Source: Tubulanus polymorphus
Lineage: Eukaryota; Animalia; Nemertea
Assembly (NCBI RefSeq): GCF_964204645.1
Contig: NC_134031.1
Coordinates: 6,572,001 to 6,636,000 of the forward strand
Length of the DNA stretch: 64,000 bases
Direction of reading: 5' to 3'
Positions 25,486 through 39,909 of the stretch are shown piece by piece (the first letter of the stretch is position 1; each line of letters starts with the position of its first letter). Made by a program: the position numbers and the translations under genes. The notes below the pieces were generated by a model that saw only the letters and a list, made by a program, of their open reading frames with translations, was not told the origin of the DNA and searched no databases.

Positions 25486-28410
25486 ATGGGGAACTCAACG
25501 TGGACCACCCCGATTCCACAGAGCCCATGGAAAGTGATATTCCTTTCTCCTATCATCGTGCTGTCGATAATTGCTCAGTTGATGCTGTTTTGTGTGGTCA
25601 GATCTAAGTCAACGTTACGTCACATGTCTTACTACTATCTACTATCGCTGGGTGCCCTGCACAGTACAATGGCTGTTATTGCGGCCCCGCTGGAAGTATT
25701 CATGGAATTTACAGGTTAGTACCGTATGTACTTTACGACTGATAAGAAGTAATCGATCTGGAATGATTCATTCGACGTTGAACAAATTATGGTCAACCTT
25801 TCGCACCAGGTTCGAATTTTACGATTCAAATGTCTAAATGTATACACCTTCAATATGGCTGCTTCCCCGATCATTTAGATTTTAAGACAACGAACTAATT
25901 AGATCTGTTCACAGCTGTATTTTCTGGAAGTAAGTAGGCAAATTAATGTCAACGGGCTTTAGAAGGCAGCCATATTTTCATCGAAGGTGTCCATAGAGTT
26001 ATATTTCTGTATACAGGGGTGAATCCAGAGGTTGCGTGCGCACCCCTCCCCCCCCCCAAAAAAAAATTCCGAGTCCGCTTTTTCGGGTCCCAATCCGTCC
26101 AAATTGCTATAACGAGATAATGAGATCAGATGTACTGAAAAGTCACTGACATATATATGTCTAGATTTTCGAAATTTTCTGGGGACAGGTTTCGCACCTT
26201 CGTGTACGCACAGCGTCGGCAATGAAGTATAGTGTTGCCCTTATTTTCTGCACCCCCTTGAAGAAATCCTCGATCCGCCCCTGTAGTTATGAAAAACTGT
26301 TGTTAATGTCAAGGTAATGGTTTAAAAGGGGAAGTTGAAACGATACATATAGAAAAGAAACTTTCGACTAATGTCTTAGGGTGCGACGAAACTATGCGTT
26401 AGCTTACGTTCGATCGTGTGGGTTTGTAATGTTTGCCGAGCAGATATGTCGCATGTACCAAAATATCTAATTCGTTAGAAAGGTCAAGTTTGATTTGATC
26501 AAAACATGTTATTTCAAAGGAAAGATTCATCTCCAAACAAATGAATTTGACATTTTACGTAGAAATGTTTCTACTCCGGGTTAAAAGTTTATAAATCAGA
26601 AGTAGGATTATATTCAAAATATAAGCCCTACGTAGATCCTTACAGCTTTTTGAGCATTCTTCCTCCTTAATGAGCAAGGAATTTGATTTGTTGATAATAT
26701 GTCAACATGTTGACATTTTTTGAAATTTTTTGATAATATCAAGGTAATGGTTGGGAAGTTGAAAAGAATAAACTCTCACATAATACAGGGACTATTTTAT
26801 TTCATCCCCTACTATTAATAAATCGGGAACCGTTTTTAAACATTAACTCCAATAGACAAAAACCTAATAAATCTGGCTTATTTCATAAAGAAGGCAAGCC
26901 CACTTTTGTCTTAAGCAAACGCCACGCTTCAACTGTAACAGTAGCGTCCAAGAGGTAAAAGGTTAAATTTAGAGTGCCTAACTCTATATACGTATGTTTG
27001 TGTATAATTTGCCCATCTATGTATGTATTCACAAATGACTTGTAATTTTGTAAATCTTTTCCTGTGCTCTAAGCAAATGTCTTTTCGTTGAGGAGCAAAA
27101 TAAACTAAACTAAACTAAACTCAACTCAACTAATACGTATAATATGTATAAGATGCGTTGTTTGAGCATTTTACCTCATTAATAACGCATTTCATTTCAC
27201 TTAACTTTCGGCGATAACATATATATGTTTATATTCCAAGGCTTTTCTCTTATTTTTTTTTTCAGGTGAGATCGAACCTTACGAATCGACGTGCAGTATA
27301 TGGGTGACCTTGGATACGTTTTTCTGTAATAACATCTTTCTTCATCTTCTCGGTGCTAGTCTAGACGCGATGCTGAAAACCCACAATCCGTTCAAATACA
27401 GTCACCCGCGTCCGCGCGGAACGACCTTACTGAAACTCGGGGCTCCGTGGACCATTTCGATAGTTCAATCGACAGCCATGTTCGCCATCAGTCAGCCCAA
27501 ATCCGGCGTATTGGAAGGATACGTTTGTTTTCTGAACGATTCTAACTTTCAAGTTTTGCGGTTTCTACTGGCGTTCCTTTGTCCGTTATTAACCGGATTT
27601 ACGATATACTTGATCAGCGTTTTAGAATTGAGTCGCCATCGGTCGAAAACGTATCTAGAAGATTTCGATAAAACCAGCGAAATAAGAGGACTATTCCGGA
27701 GTCCGTCGAGCGAGTCTTTGAACACGATGGAGACGAGAAGTCCCGATTTCGAATCTCCGACGCAACAAAATAGCGGGTTGATCAATTACAGCGAACGGAT
27801 TTTCACCATGAAAAAAGGACTGGAAATGTACGGCGAAACCATGGCCGACGACGACGACATTCCGTGCGATTGCAAAAGACGTAAAAAGCGCCACATCAAA
27901 GGCGAGCTTCAAGAAGACGGCGCTGACGTCATAGTCGAGTTGACGGCGTACCACGAGTGTCATTGCCCGAACTTCCGGTCCAGGTTCACCGGTCCGCACA
28001 GTACAACACAATCTACATACATCGGACTATCGGACATCGATAGTACCGGGTCCAATCTTCCAGCGCCCCCTAGCGAAGATCAACTGAACTCGTTAGCGAG
28101 CGAATTCCCCCCGAAATCAATCCGTCATCGCCAGATCTATCTCAGACGATTGTTACATTCAGAGGAGAAACTGACTAAAATATTGGCAGTTTTATACACC
28201 GTGAATTTATCACTGTGGGCCCCGTATATCATCGGGCATCTATTGCGGTCCACGTGTCCGACGTGCGCTTACATCATGAACAACTCGTTGTTTCGTAATT
28301 TCAAATGGGCCGCATACTTTTCGTGCATCTTCAATCCGTTTATTTATATGGTAGTAAATCGTGATATAAGACGCGGTTATGTGGACCTGCTGCGGGGACG
28401 ATGTCACTAG
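25486..28410 (+). CDS. Class A GPCR, biogenic-amine (5-HT2-like) receptor-related; exons 25486-25714 and 27266-28410, 457 aa
   Basis: Phase-1 GT-AG intron (ACAG|gttagt ... ttttcag|GTGAG) joins TM1-2 to TM3-7 in frame; CSIWVTLDTFFC (TM3 Cys and Asp3.32), ECL2 Cys, long ICL3, LWAP, NPFIY. Confidence 0.85.
26780..27132 (+). mobile_element. Degraded 3' end of a LINE related to the 5997-8370 element, inside the GPCR intron
   Basis: Residual ...SPTINK...NLAYFIKK coding remnant, a tgtgctct...ggag hairpin-like 3' UTR similar to 8316-8345, and an (AAACT)n tail. Confidence 0.6.
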
Positions 28411-29675
28411 CACCACACTCTCTCCTCTTCAGTAACGCTTGTAACCGATAATTTATTCACAGACATGACAATTATGGCTGTTATACCCACTCGATGGTCA
28501 TACGTTCTCGCAAATCCTAAGAGATTTATCTGAATATTTTGTTTCGGTCCGCGTGTCGTCGAAAAATGACCTCCAGATTCTGTCCACTTGCAGCAACTCG
28601 ACAGCGAGACGACGGATATTTTGGCATAAAACTTATAAGTGAAAAAAACAATACGTATGAAATGATGAAAATTGAATGCAATAATGTTTATACTGTGGTG
28701 GCTGATAAGGGCCACATGCATTAAATTTTACGTGACCTCGATTATACGTAGAAAAAAGCGGAACGAAACTTATAGAGCAAAAAGAAAACTTCGGTTTCGC
28801 TAGGGCGCAAAAACGAACCTTTCGTTTTTGCGTGGAAGCAAAAACGAAAAATCATGGAGCATTACGAATCTTTTCATTTTTGCTTTTTAAGTTTCGTTTT
28901 GCAACATTTTTTCTATATTCGAGATCATATGAAAAGTAATGCATGTGCCTCTTATCAGCCATCACAATGTTTCCCATTTTTTGGTTCCCAAATGATTTTA
29001 TTCGGTGTATTAGAATTGAAATACTGATTGTAATCATTAAAACTGTGTTTGAATAGAATAAACGAAAACTGAGAAAAATGCTCGCATCATTGTAAATAGT
29101 GGAATATTTTAGAATAAAATGGAACATGAACGAAATAGTGATTTTTTGCAGTGGGTTTCTAGAAGAGCGAGGAATTAAATGATTGGGTGCATCATCGCCG
29201 AATGTATCATCACCAGTGACCAAACGGAGGTGTCAAAGAAGAACGGCTGGTGCCAAGAGACCATAGCGGCTACGACTACGGTGAAAGCGGCGGGGCCAGG
29301 ACTTCCGTCTTAAAACGAATGTTTAGGCTAAAAAGATTGATATATATACTTCATATCTCATTTCTGTTTTAGCTTAAAAGTCATGTAGCCGACTGCCTAT
29401 CTACCCTGTACATTACAACTATACTTTTTTGAAATCATGGTCGAGCTAACCATACAGACCCGGTAGCAGTTTGGTTCTACCTCGGCATATACAGGATGAA
29501 TAAAGGATGACCACAATACCCCGTGTTTTCTCTCGTGGAACTTTCCCAGTCAGTTCTTATGAATGGCAGTAGGAAAGAAAAGACGGGAGAGTTGTTATCT
29601 TGACAGACCCGAATAGTTAGATAGCCCAGTTAATATTCCGACTTATAGCAAAATACGCTTTAAAGGAATTTCAAG

Positions 29676-30537
29676 GGTCGTCTTTAGTTCCAAGACGAGT
29701 TTGTCGATGACGTCATATATAAATAATAACATAACCACGTGCGTCCTGGTACGCGCTCTTTTCTGTTAGAGATAGAGCGGTTGGTAATGTCTATTTTAAC
29801 TTGACTTGAGAGAGCGCCAAACGGTGGCCTAGCTCAGTCGGGCTTGATAGTAAATACCTGATAAAAGTCTTATCAGGACTAGAAAGGACTGGTAGTTGAC
29901 CTCAAACATCGTTTTTAATCCATTTCTTAATGTATTGAAGGATTGCAAAAGACATGGCGGTCTGAATCAAACTCTACTGAGAAGGCTTAATCAAGAAGAA
30001 AAATGAAGAATGTTTTGTTTCGTGTTTTATGTTTTTTTTTTCTGGAATCTCTAATGATAAGTTATCTGTTGGTTCATAATACTGAAAGAGGACAGGGTTT
30101 CGAATTGATATTTTCCTAAGCATATTCGAAGCTAAGGCCCAGTTTCACATATCATACTAAATTTAAGACGAAATGAAGAACTTTGAACTATTCTATCTAT
30201 GAGTTGGGCTGTGTTGAATAGGTATCTAAAAACTAGAAATGGTTATTTGATTTTATCATTATAAGTCTTGCAAGAAAATAAACATTACTACTTCTACGTA
30301 AGTAAATAATTCATTTTGTTTACTTACATACTAGTGGATATTCGTTTTTGAATAATGTTGAACAAAGATCCGGTCAAGATCATAACGGAGGAAAAGATTG
30401 CGGCAATTTGTTTATGATTATACAATTCGGCGCACAGAATTGGTTGAATAAAGTCTTTGTATTTAAATTTGTTCCTCACGCACGTGGTTATGTTATTATT
30501 TATTTATGACGTCATCGACAAACTCATCTTGACGACC
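29676..30537. mobile_element. Non-autonomous Mutator-like TIR element
   Basis: ~60-bp TIRs (ggtcgtc..caaga.gagtttgtcgatgacgtcat...) and a perfect 9-bp TSD aatttcaag at 29667-29675 and 30538-30546. Confidence 0.8.
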
Positions 30538-32236
30538 AATTTCAAGTAGTAAAGTTCTGATCACAGGCATTAGAAACCATAGAAAACAAGCAAAATAAAC
30601 CCATTTCCATGTGTTTTCCAGAGTTTATCAAATCGACTGGGGAGGGGGAGGGAAATCGGTTCCCAGCATTTTCCAGAATTGTGGTCACCCCGATTTTATC
30701 TGCGTGCGTGTTTTTCTAACACAGTTCACATGTCTGACAGTCGTTTTAAATTCGGTCACGATGTGCATCTTAATCTTAATACATATATACAGTCGTTTTC
30801 AGACGGGACGCGTGAGTCTCGATCAGGGACAGCTATATCACGCTTCTCAAAAATAAACTTGCGTTTAGACGATAAAATTACTAATAACAATCCATTTTTT
30901 ATTTTCAAAGAAAAACAGTATTTTACATATATCGCACCGGTATCTATCCACGAGCCAACCGTTAACCCAATTAAATCTACCTCTAAACACACGATAAATT
31001 CGAAAATAAACTGGCGAGCTCGTGTATGAGTTACGAATTACATCAAGGGGTCGCTACTTATACACTCAAAAACACCAGACCATGGGCGAACTTCGGTTTT
31101 CGTAGCAAGTCGACTAGTGGTCAGAACTAATAACAAGCGCACTGTAGTACGGTCGTCGGTGTCGGCCATCTATAGGAACTGGGCCCGAACTACAGCTCAA
31201 TCGCGTGGCCGACCATTTCCGGACCATTGTTCCAACTGACATAGATTTAATAATTTATTTATAATAATCTATAATCACGACTCTGAAATGACGAGCCAAC
31301 CCCTCTAGATTATTCTAGCTTCATCATCGTCATCTACTCAACGCGAGCTCTTGATTTCATGGCGAAACCTAATAAGTGGTTAATACGGCTATCAACCTGC
31401 CATCTGTACACCCCCTCTGACATTCACCATTCTCCCAAAAATGCTCGACCAGGCGTCACCACCCCCTGTGGCTGGCAGTATTACCCCCCCCCCCCCGGAC
31501 ATTTTTCTTTGTCACAACAAAAAAGGTTGTCGTGATCGTTAACCATCAATTTTAGATGGACATTCAAGATTTGTGAAAAATGCGTTCGACCAGACTTCGC
31601 AATTTAAAAGGCGATATGGCAGGTACAAACAACAGATTGACAGCTGCATTAATTTGATGTTAGATTGACGTTAATCTCTGTGACCTGGTGAGACCTAATA
31701 ATTAATTGGCTAACGACGCAAATTACAGTAGGAAGTTAGAACAGATACAGACACTAAAAATTTTAAATATTTCTCACATATTTACATATTATTTACTACG
31801 TTACCGGTAAATATTTTTCGAACACGAACACAGTTTTTCAAACCGGATTTTTTTCTATCTTCCTAAAATCTCTAAGATTCTTCTCGTACCCGACAATAAC
31901 TGCTATCTACGACATATTTGCAACGCATTGCATTTTAACATCTTTATTCGAACCGAAAATCTTTTATTTCAGCCTTTCTTAGTTGAGCGGGACCGTTCAA
32001 ATCTAAACTTGCCAGGCGTTGATTGCCTCACGCCGACACAAACCCTGGCTGCAGACCTTTCATTGGTCTATTACACTGCTCAAAATGTACGCCAACCAGT
32101 CTATATATCTAGCCAATCAAATGCGTTGTTACAACAGGGTTCCAACGGGTCCTTAAATACCCTCGAATTAAGGAAGTCAAGATCTAAGGGGTTAAATACC
32201 CCAAAATTCTAAGCTTCCCCTCCAAATCCCCCTTAA

Positions 32237-32519
32237 CCCTTTCAGCGCTGACTAATCAATACCCTATAGTGCTGGAGATAATTTGAAATTTTTAGAAATT
32301 CCACCCTAGTGTGTTGAATAACGGGAATACCACTATAGTGCGTCTACACCATGGCGCAGTGTATCGTTAGTTACTAGTATTTCAGTATGTTTGACAGGTG
32401 CTGCCATTTTTCTTCAAGAGAGATAATTACTAATTACATCAATACACCGCAGTGTGGTGTACTCGCAAAATCCATCACCGATTCATACACCGCACTGCGG
32501 TGTAGACGCACTGAAAGGG
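32237..32519. mobile_element. piggyBac-type MITE
   Basis: TTAA flanks and CCCTTTCAG...CTGAAAGGG termini; nested in a larger TIR element (~32002-32760). Confidence 0.8.
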
Positions 32520-34181
32520 TTAAATACTGAAAATTGCCTCCGTAGATTTTTTTCCAACTGTTTTCCTCCATATACAATGTATGATGAAGCGAATCTGCTG
32601 GTGAAATAAAATGCAGCTGATTGGTGTAATACATAGAGCGGCAACCTATCTGCCGAGGAAATCTTGGTCTGTGTAATTGACCAACCAAGTGCCCGCGGTC
32701 AAGGTTAGCGTCAACGCCAGCTTCGGCGAGAGGCAATCAAATCCTGGCAAGCGAAGATGATCTGAAACGAGCTTGCGAATCTACTTCAAAATGTATATTT
32801 TTTTCATCATATTGACTTCACATCGTACGTATACTTTCAACCGAGACCAGAGGTTTAGTTTATCTATGTAGACTAGGGAGGAGGAGACCAAAAAATAAAA
32901 TTGTGCTAAAAGAGCAGATAACTGGCTGTCAGTACCAATAGAAGTGCCGACGTGAAAGATAAATTTGATCCAAGAAAGCAGTTTACCATGGCTGGATCAA
33001 GACAGGAACACATGTAGCACGTGCTCCCATACCGAATCTCTTGCGACTTTTTGAAAATATGACGCCAATTTTTTCAGGGCACTTTTTCCACCCACAACTA
33101 ATTAAGACAGCATTCTGCAGCACAAGAATCGGGTTACTCTTTAATGTCCCTCAAATGCCTAGAAATTCTATGAAAATGCACTGGAATTTCTAAATTTTCC
33201 AGACTCAGCACGCGTGGCCATTTGCCCTTTTTACCTGTAAGTATATCATATATGTCCTTTTCATTTCTTTGTGCTCCTTTCAAGGTCTGCCCCTAGATCC
33301 ACACCCTTGCAAAAAGGAAGGAGTCTTCTGTAAAACTAAAATTCAGCTGAGACGATCAATTCTTGAATAGGGGATGCGCGATATCACACATAAAGCATAT
33401 CAATGCTTATACCTGTAATATAAGTGTTACGACGATGATATCAATCTGCTGTCCGTGGACACCCTCTTAGAATATCAACCTTACAACAAGCGATCATCGA
33501 GACCAGCCTCGTTCCTGTCTGGATCCAAGGCATTTTTATTTTTTAAGGGAATGCTGCAGTTTCTATTTTACCTGACCACACGTAACGATGCATGGAAAAT
33601 GAGATCATCCAGACTTAACCGTTCGAATAGCGATTTTAAGTGAATATCCAAGGGGGCCGGTACAGGCAGCAGATTGATCAATACGCAGTGTATTAGTTTG
33701 AATTATTCACTATGAAAGGCTATTAACCGGTACGAATACATTATCTCATCTAAAGACTCAAAGCATTAACGCAATCATTGATTTGATCCGACAACACAGG
33801 AGAGTATGGTTTTCATAGACAAGCGTCTGCCTACGATTCGGTCGAAGAAAAGATCCACGAAGTAAAACTGCGTAAGAAACTTCCCCGGATGTTTCCACTC
33901 AATTCTACGAGCAATGTTTCGAAAACTGGTCACAGAAAAACATCACTCCTCTCTTAGGTTGTTCTTCGTAATCGTAGAAATTCATAATTTCTTACAAAAG
34001 AGATTTTTGAAAACGTTGTTTGAGCACACATTGTTGTTTCCTAATTTCAATCAGCATCCTCCAGTGGTTGTTAGGTTGTTTCCAAATTTTGTTCATCATC
34101 ATCCTCACTTGTTGTTGTTGGGTTGTTTCCTAATTTTGTTCATCATCATCATCCTCATTTGTTGTTGTTGTTGCTATAATT

Positions 34182-36435
34182 CTAGAATTCAGGGAGATAC
34201 GATCCTCGTTTTTTCATTAGTAAACTTTGAAAGTCGCTGATACTCGGACGTGGAATGAATCCGATCAGCAACGCTAACTTCGCCGCCAATCCCGTTTTAT
34301 TTTTCACCTCGGCGATGTCTTCGTCGGGTACGACCTGCGAATGAGAAGACCAGAAGAATGACAATCCGATTGCATTTTAACCTACTCGAAATATCCTGGT
34401 ATTTGGTCGATATCCGGTATATTTCCATTGAGGTCTGAAATTTAATGATTCAAGACATGAAGAAATCTTAGAACGAACATGATTTGCATGAATCCCCGGA
34501 TCTGATGATCTCACCCACTATTCACCCGCAAACATCAAATATGAGCACTTTTGGTTTAACCCTTTCCGTACCGACTAATAAATATCCTATAGTGCTGGAG
34601 AAAATTTGGGAAAATTCCACCCTAGTGTGTTGAATAACGGGAAAAGCACTATAATACCTCTACACCGCGGCGCGGTGTATCATCAGTTACTAATATTTCA
34701 CTATGTTTGACAGGTGCTGCCATCTTTCAAGTGATAATTACTAATTACTAATTAAATCAATACACCGCAGGGCGGTGTACTAGCAAAATCTATCACCGAT
34801 TTATACACCGCACTGCGGTGTAGACGCACTGTAAAGGTTAAGACGAAAGTTTCACAGTTGATTCATTGTTTAACAAGATTCGTATTAACGAGGTCCCACT
34901 GTAGAACTATAATACTGGATGACATTATCACGTTGTATTTTCAGGTCCCTTTAACTTCATTGTAACAATTTTCTGTACTAGTACTAGTAACGACTCTTTC
35001 GCTTACCCTATCAACTCTGTGCTTATAAATGAAGCCATCTTTATTAACGTGGAGAATGGAATAGCCGTCGATCCACCTGAAAATCAGCCTACACAAATTA
35101 ATCAACCGAGCGTATCTCAACCAAGTGAATCTGACAAAAGTACACATGCCTGCTCCTAATACTCAGAACTGGAGTATTTAACTGAAGTTTATTTGGATAA
35201 ACTTTTCTCAACTTGTTGAAATATCAAAAGTCCCAATGCTACTGAGTTCTGCGATCCTCAACTCAGTATCCATCCCAATGCTTCCGAGTTCCCTGATTCT
35301 CAACTCGGTGAAATACAGTTACTAGAAGACCCCGCCCAATAACCGGTCAAATCGGATGTTTGTTGAAATATCTTTATACTATTAACGAAATACATAAAAT
35401 CCAACTCGGATATAACTCAAGGCGGCCACATTTCTACAGTTCCAAAAGGTCCAACTTGTGAGGAGTCTACTGCATGCAGTCCCAACGCTACCGAGAACCC
35501 TGGGGTTTTCATGAATTTAACTCAGAACTGTGGAGCTGGGTCCAATTCCAGAGTTCTGAGTTAAGAAATAACTCTGCGTTAACTCATCGAAAATGAACTA
35601 ACTTTAACTCAAAGTTAACTCAAACTCACAACTGTGGAACTGGGCCCAGTCTATAAAAACGGGCCCTGATTCTCAATTCAGTCTCTAGTCAGCTAATTCA
35701 AATATACACAGTCCCAATGCTAACGAGAGAGGTGGAATCACACTTTATATACATTCCTGCGTTGATGACTTACACCGATTCATTTTTTATCGTTTTCTTG
35801 TAAACGCCGGGCATGAATTTCCAGAATTTGAACGCTTCGAGTTGCGGTAGACCGTGAATTCGCCAGCTAATTCGAACAGTACCGTCTTCTATATGAGTCG
35901 AAGCGCCGATGACTTGCACTCCTGCCTGAGCGTAGTTCAGATGAATCATCAATTTCATCTTGTTCAACTGCCAAACGTACGCGTTTATACCCCTGAAAAT
36001 ACCAAACATTCTATTATTGTTTACACCATTACGCAGGTGTCGCACAACACATGCCGCGATTTAGCTGCGGCCAAATTGGGATGGATCAGGCCCGAGTCAA
36101 ATTTGGCCGGTGCCTAATAAGAATGCATGTTCAGACACTCCTCGATACTAAACACTGCTGTGAGAAAGTGAAGTGAGTCGCTTCTGGAACCAGTTGCAAT
36201 TCACACATGACCCGTGCTAAAATTTGGAGGAAGCGAACATAATGTAGGATGTGAACCTTAAGTGTGTATCTCGTAGTTCCAGTTTTAGCCATCATTGCCA
36301 CTAAACACAAGTTATCTCATAGCAGATCCTTCATATTATTCACTGTTTGAGCAATGTTTGGGATAAAGACTAATAAGCCATCTTCAGGCATACTGTAATA
36401 GTCCTTTGTCTAATAGTCTTAAGCCAAACCTTTCT

Positions 36436-36474
<39 letters not shown>

Positions 36475-39400
36475 TCTTCTATTCAAGAATTCTCTTTTTG
36501 GCAGACTCCAAAATTCGGCCATTAAATGCTGACAATTTTGGCTTTATTGCGTTACTTCGCTTTGAATTTACTTCGGTTCCGTGTCACGTGGGACTTACTT
36601 GAATATATCGTTCTTTCCGAAATAATTATTTTCGAAGACAACGTCCAAGGTGTAAATCCTATAATCGTGAGTGGTTTTTAAAAGTTTCGGGATCTGAAAC
36701 GAAAACCATTGTATTATATAGCAGGCCGTATACCTAGTTTTTCAGTCCACCTATTCATGTATTTTACATACAATGCACGCGTTAAATTTGAATCAGCCAT
36801 TCTTTTCCAAATACTTTAAGCATTATAGAACGCAATTACACCGCCTCTACCGGGGTGGCCTCTTTTTTTAAATTACTTTTTCCCTTAAAATTTCGTGACA
36901 TGCACATTGTTTTCCCTGACTTGTTCTGCTAAGAATGCAATCAATTAATACAGTGAAATGCATAAGACAAAGACGGAAACTGTTTGATCATAACAATCTC
37001 AACATATTTCCCCGATTTCAATCTTTCCTTTTACAAAATTCCCTGACTTTTATAAAGAAAAGAAATATCCCCGACTTTTCCACCTGAAAAGCGCCCTACT
37101 ACCTGGTAAATCATATTGTCTTTAACAAGGTTGAGCTGGTCCTGATTCGGGGCGTCTTTTTCCGCCGACTTCGACGATGGCCATCTCGATTCCGTAGCGT
37201 ACCATACATTTCTCCGGCGATAATCGTCGGGCGCGGACGAGAAAAACGTCGTCGTCGTCATCGAGCCGACGTCGTGACGAATAACGGTGACCGGAAATCG
37301 CTCGCGAACCGACGTCGAAACGTTTCCGACGGATCCGAAATCATCGCCGCCGAACGAAGCGTTTGAACTCGAATGATCACAGATATTATCGCCGCCTGAC
37401 GCGAAATCGTCTCTACGAATGAAACCGACCGAAATATCGTCGTTCGTATAGTTATACGGTTTGATTATCGATTCTAAAACGTTTTGATCGAGCAACGATG
37501 GCAAGACGGGTATTCGGTCGGGGTTGTCATCGGCAACGGTGGGCAAGGAAGAAGACCAGTCCAATAGTTGCAACGCGGCTACGCTCTGCAGCATTGGTTG
37601 ATTCCCATCGAACAGTTTTTGGCGTTCGGTTTTTCGAACGGCCGAAATAAGTTCTTCGCTTCCGTGAATATTTTGAATATTTGTCTGCGCCGCATCCTAA
37701 CAATATAAAAGCATTAGAATTGTTAGAGTGCAGTTTAGGTGGACAGGACTTAACAACCTAATGTGGTGCTAGTGCTACCCAGAGTGTACCATTTACGGTG
37801 CAGCTTAGAATTAACTTAACGTAACTTAACTTTAGCTTAGAATTAACTTAACTTGAAGCACACCGTCCACGCGATTGGAAGACATTTAATTACAACGATG
37901 TACGGTACACGTTTAATTTCATTTCAAAACGCCAATCAATAAGAGTCCTGCAGCCTGAATGCGGGGTCAGGACTAAAGGCGGGGTAGGCCTTGTAGATCG
38001 GATATTCTCATGGCCTACCATTAAGGTAAAGCCAGCTCATTTTTCCTCTAGAAACCTATTTACCATGAATGAGAGGACTTTGTGGTGAAAATGTTTGAGC
38101 GATGATCTCCTGATTGAAAACTGATGAGGGATATAAAGCCTAGCCTGCATCGACACTGCGATTGGAGAGAACTAGTTGCCGAGTAGTTTTCGCCGTATGA
38201 GAGCAACTGGCTGGATACAATCAGTTGCTCGAACGTGCCGATGTGAGCTAGCTTACGACTGGTTAGCGTCCATCTATCTCCAGTTCCAGCCAGTTGCCCA
38301 TGTTCTACTTTTGAGCAACTAGTATCAGTTACTGTCTTACGATGTGGGCGCTCCATAATCAAAAACACATGGTTGCAACTGACTAAAACAAAGCAATTTG
38401 TCACCTGACTCGAGATGCCTTCCGAGAATATTTGCTAGATAACACATCTCGGTTGCTGTCGATGTGTGCGCTATGGACCTAGCGACCGGCATGAGCCAGG
38501 CAGTTGCTGGTTTTCATTAGATTTTCGATGTGAGCGGGGTACTCGCTCACTAGCAACTAGTTGTCTCCAGTCGATGTATGCTTAGCTTAAGAGAGATACT
38601 AAAGATCTCTTTCCAAAGTATAGGCCTTTCAATGTAGGAGCCTGAGTCTATACCGGCCATGGTATTTAAAACAACAGGCCATCTACTGTCTGTCACACAT
38701 GCTCTTCGTGCAACATTTCCATCCGCAGTTTCTTTAATAATCAGTTGATCTGAGTATAGGCTATTATGCTTCAGTTCTTTCAGTAAGGATTCTTTATTCA
38801 GAAATAAACTATGAATTCACATAAACTTGTTAAATGTTTTCAGCCATCATTGTTTACTTAGAATACACTTGTGTAATGCTGAAAAACGGCTTTTTCAATG
38901 ATGCCTTTTGTGCAATCCTTCAAAACAGTGTTGAATGGATTAAAAAACGATGTTTCAGTTTAACTGCCAGGTACGTCCTTTCTGGTCCTATAAAGACTCA
39001 CATCAGGTGTGTACCACCAAAATTGACTGAACTAGGCTACCCGATGTGCTCTCAAGTCAAGTTGAGACATTGACTTGAGGATCTATGCACGATCAACGAA
39101 GTGGCTTCCGGAGGCTATTCGTACGCACCCGTACAGATTACTCTGCGGGTGAGGCTATATCTAGTTAAAACATTCGGCCAACTGTCAGCGAGCTTGGAGG
39201 TCGAGTGGTATGACGCTGCGCTAGTAAATTACTGGCCCGGGTTCGAGTCTCGCTCGATCCGCTCTATTTTTCTCTAACTCTCTTCTCCACACTTTTTCGA
39301 ATTTTTCTAAGTCGTGCACCTCTGTGCGCATGCGCGGCGTAAATCAGTCAATCAGCGACGGTTATAAGCGTACAGTTCCTAGTTCCGTGCGAATAGCCTC

Positions 39401-39909
39401 CAGAGTAATCCGCACGGGTCCGTACGAGGCCGAGTAGCCACAGCGCACAATCAATTCTGACCTCTTGCCAAAATGACCACAAAACGTAAAACGGCCATCA
39501 TGTACCTGATCTACCAAATCTTTCTTATGATGATGGGCTCACAGGGGCTCGTCACGATAGCTGGGGGTCAAAAATCAAAGATTTGACCCAATATCCTAGG
39601 TACCACCTATAAAAAAAGACACTTTTTTATAGGTGAAATCTTTGATTTTTTACCCCCAGCTATCGATATGCGCCCCTGTGGATGGGCAATAGGGGTAAAC
39701 TATACATATCAAACTTCAAGACGATCAATTGATGATTGAAGTGTTCCAGCATGATTTCAATGACGAAAATAAAGCGTTGATTTGAATTGAGTGAATTAAA
39801 ATCGACTTACGTCTCGATGTCGGCATTTCGATTGCGTCGCAGAATATCTCACGCTGCAAAAGTGAATCTTCAACGCGTTCGGTTTGAAATATCGAAGGGC
39901 TAGCGTCAT
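34182..39909 (-). CDS. C6orf136: C6orf136-like (DUF2358-type) protein; exons 39811-39909, 37103-37696, 36599-36693, 35774-35992, 35007-35076, 34182-34334; ~409 aa
   Basis: All five introns are GT-AG with compatible phases (0,0,2,2,0); conserved blocks HDYRIYTLDVVFEN, EDGTVRISWRIHGLP and [27 protein letters not shown] recognised from memory of this family. Confidence 0.8.
34560..34837. mobile_element. piggyBac-type MITE, second copy (intronic)
   Basis: TTAA flanks; highly similar to 32237-32519; a partial inverted third copy lies at ~25207-25340. Confidence 0.75.
39195..39258 (+). repeat. tRNA-derived SINE head or tRNA pseudogene
   Basis: A-box-like ggtcgagtggta and B-box ggttcgagtct with tRNA spacing, but poor anticodon and acceptor stems; similar heads at ~24033-24105 (-) and ~46390-46430 (+). 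Confidence 0.45.

Noticed and set aside
39195-39258. Functional tRNA gene
   Set aside because: A and B boxes are present but anticodon and acceptor stems do not pair well; treated as SINE-derived
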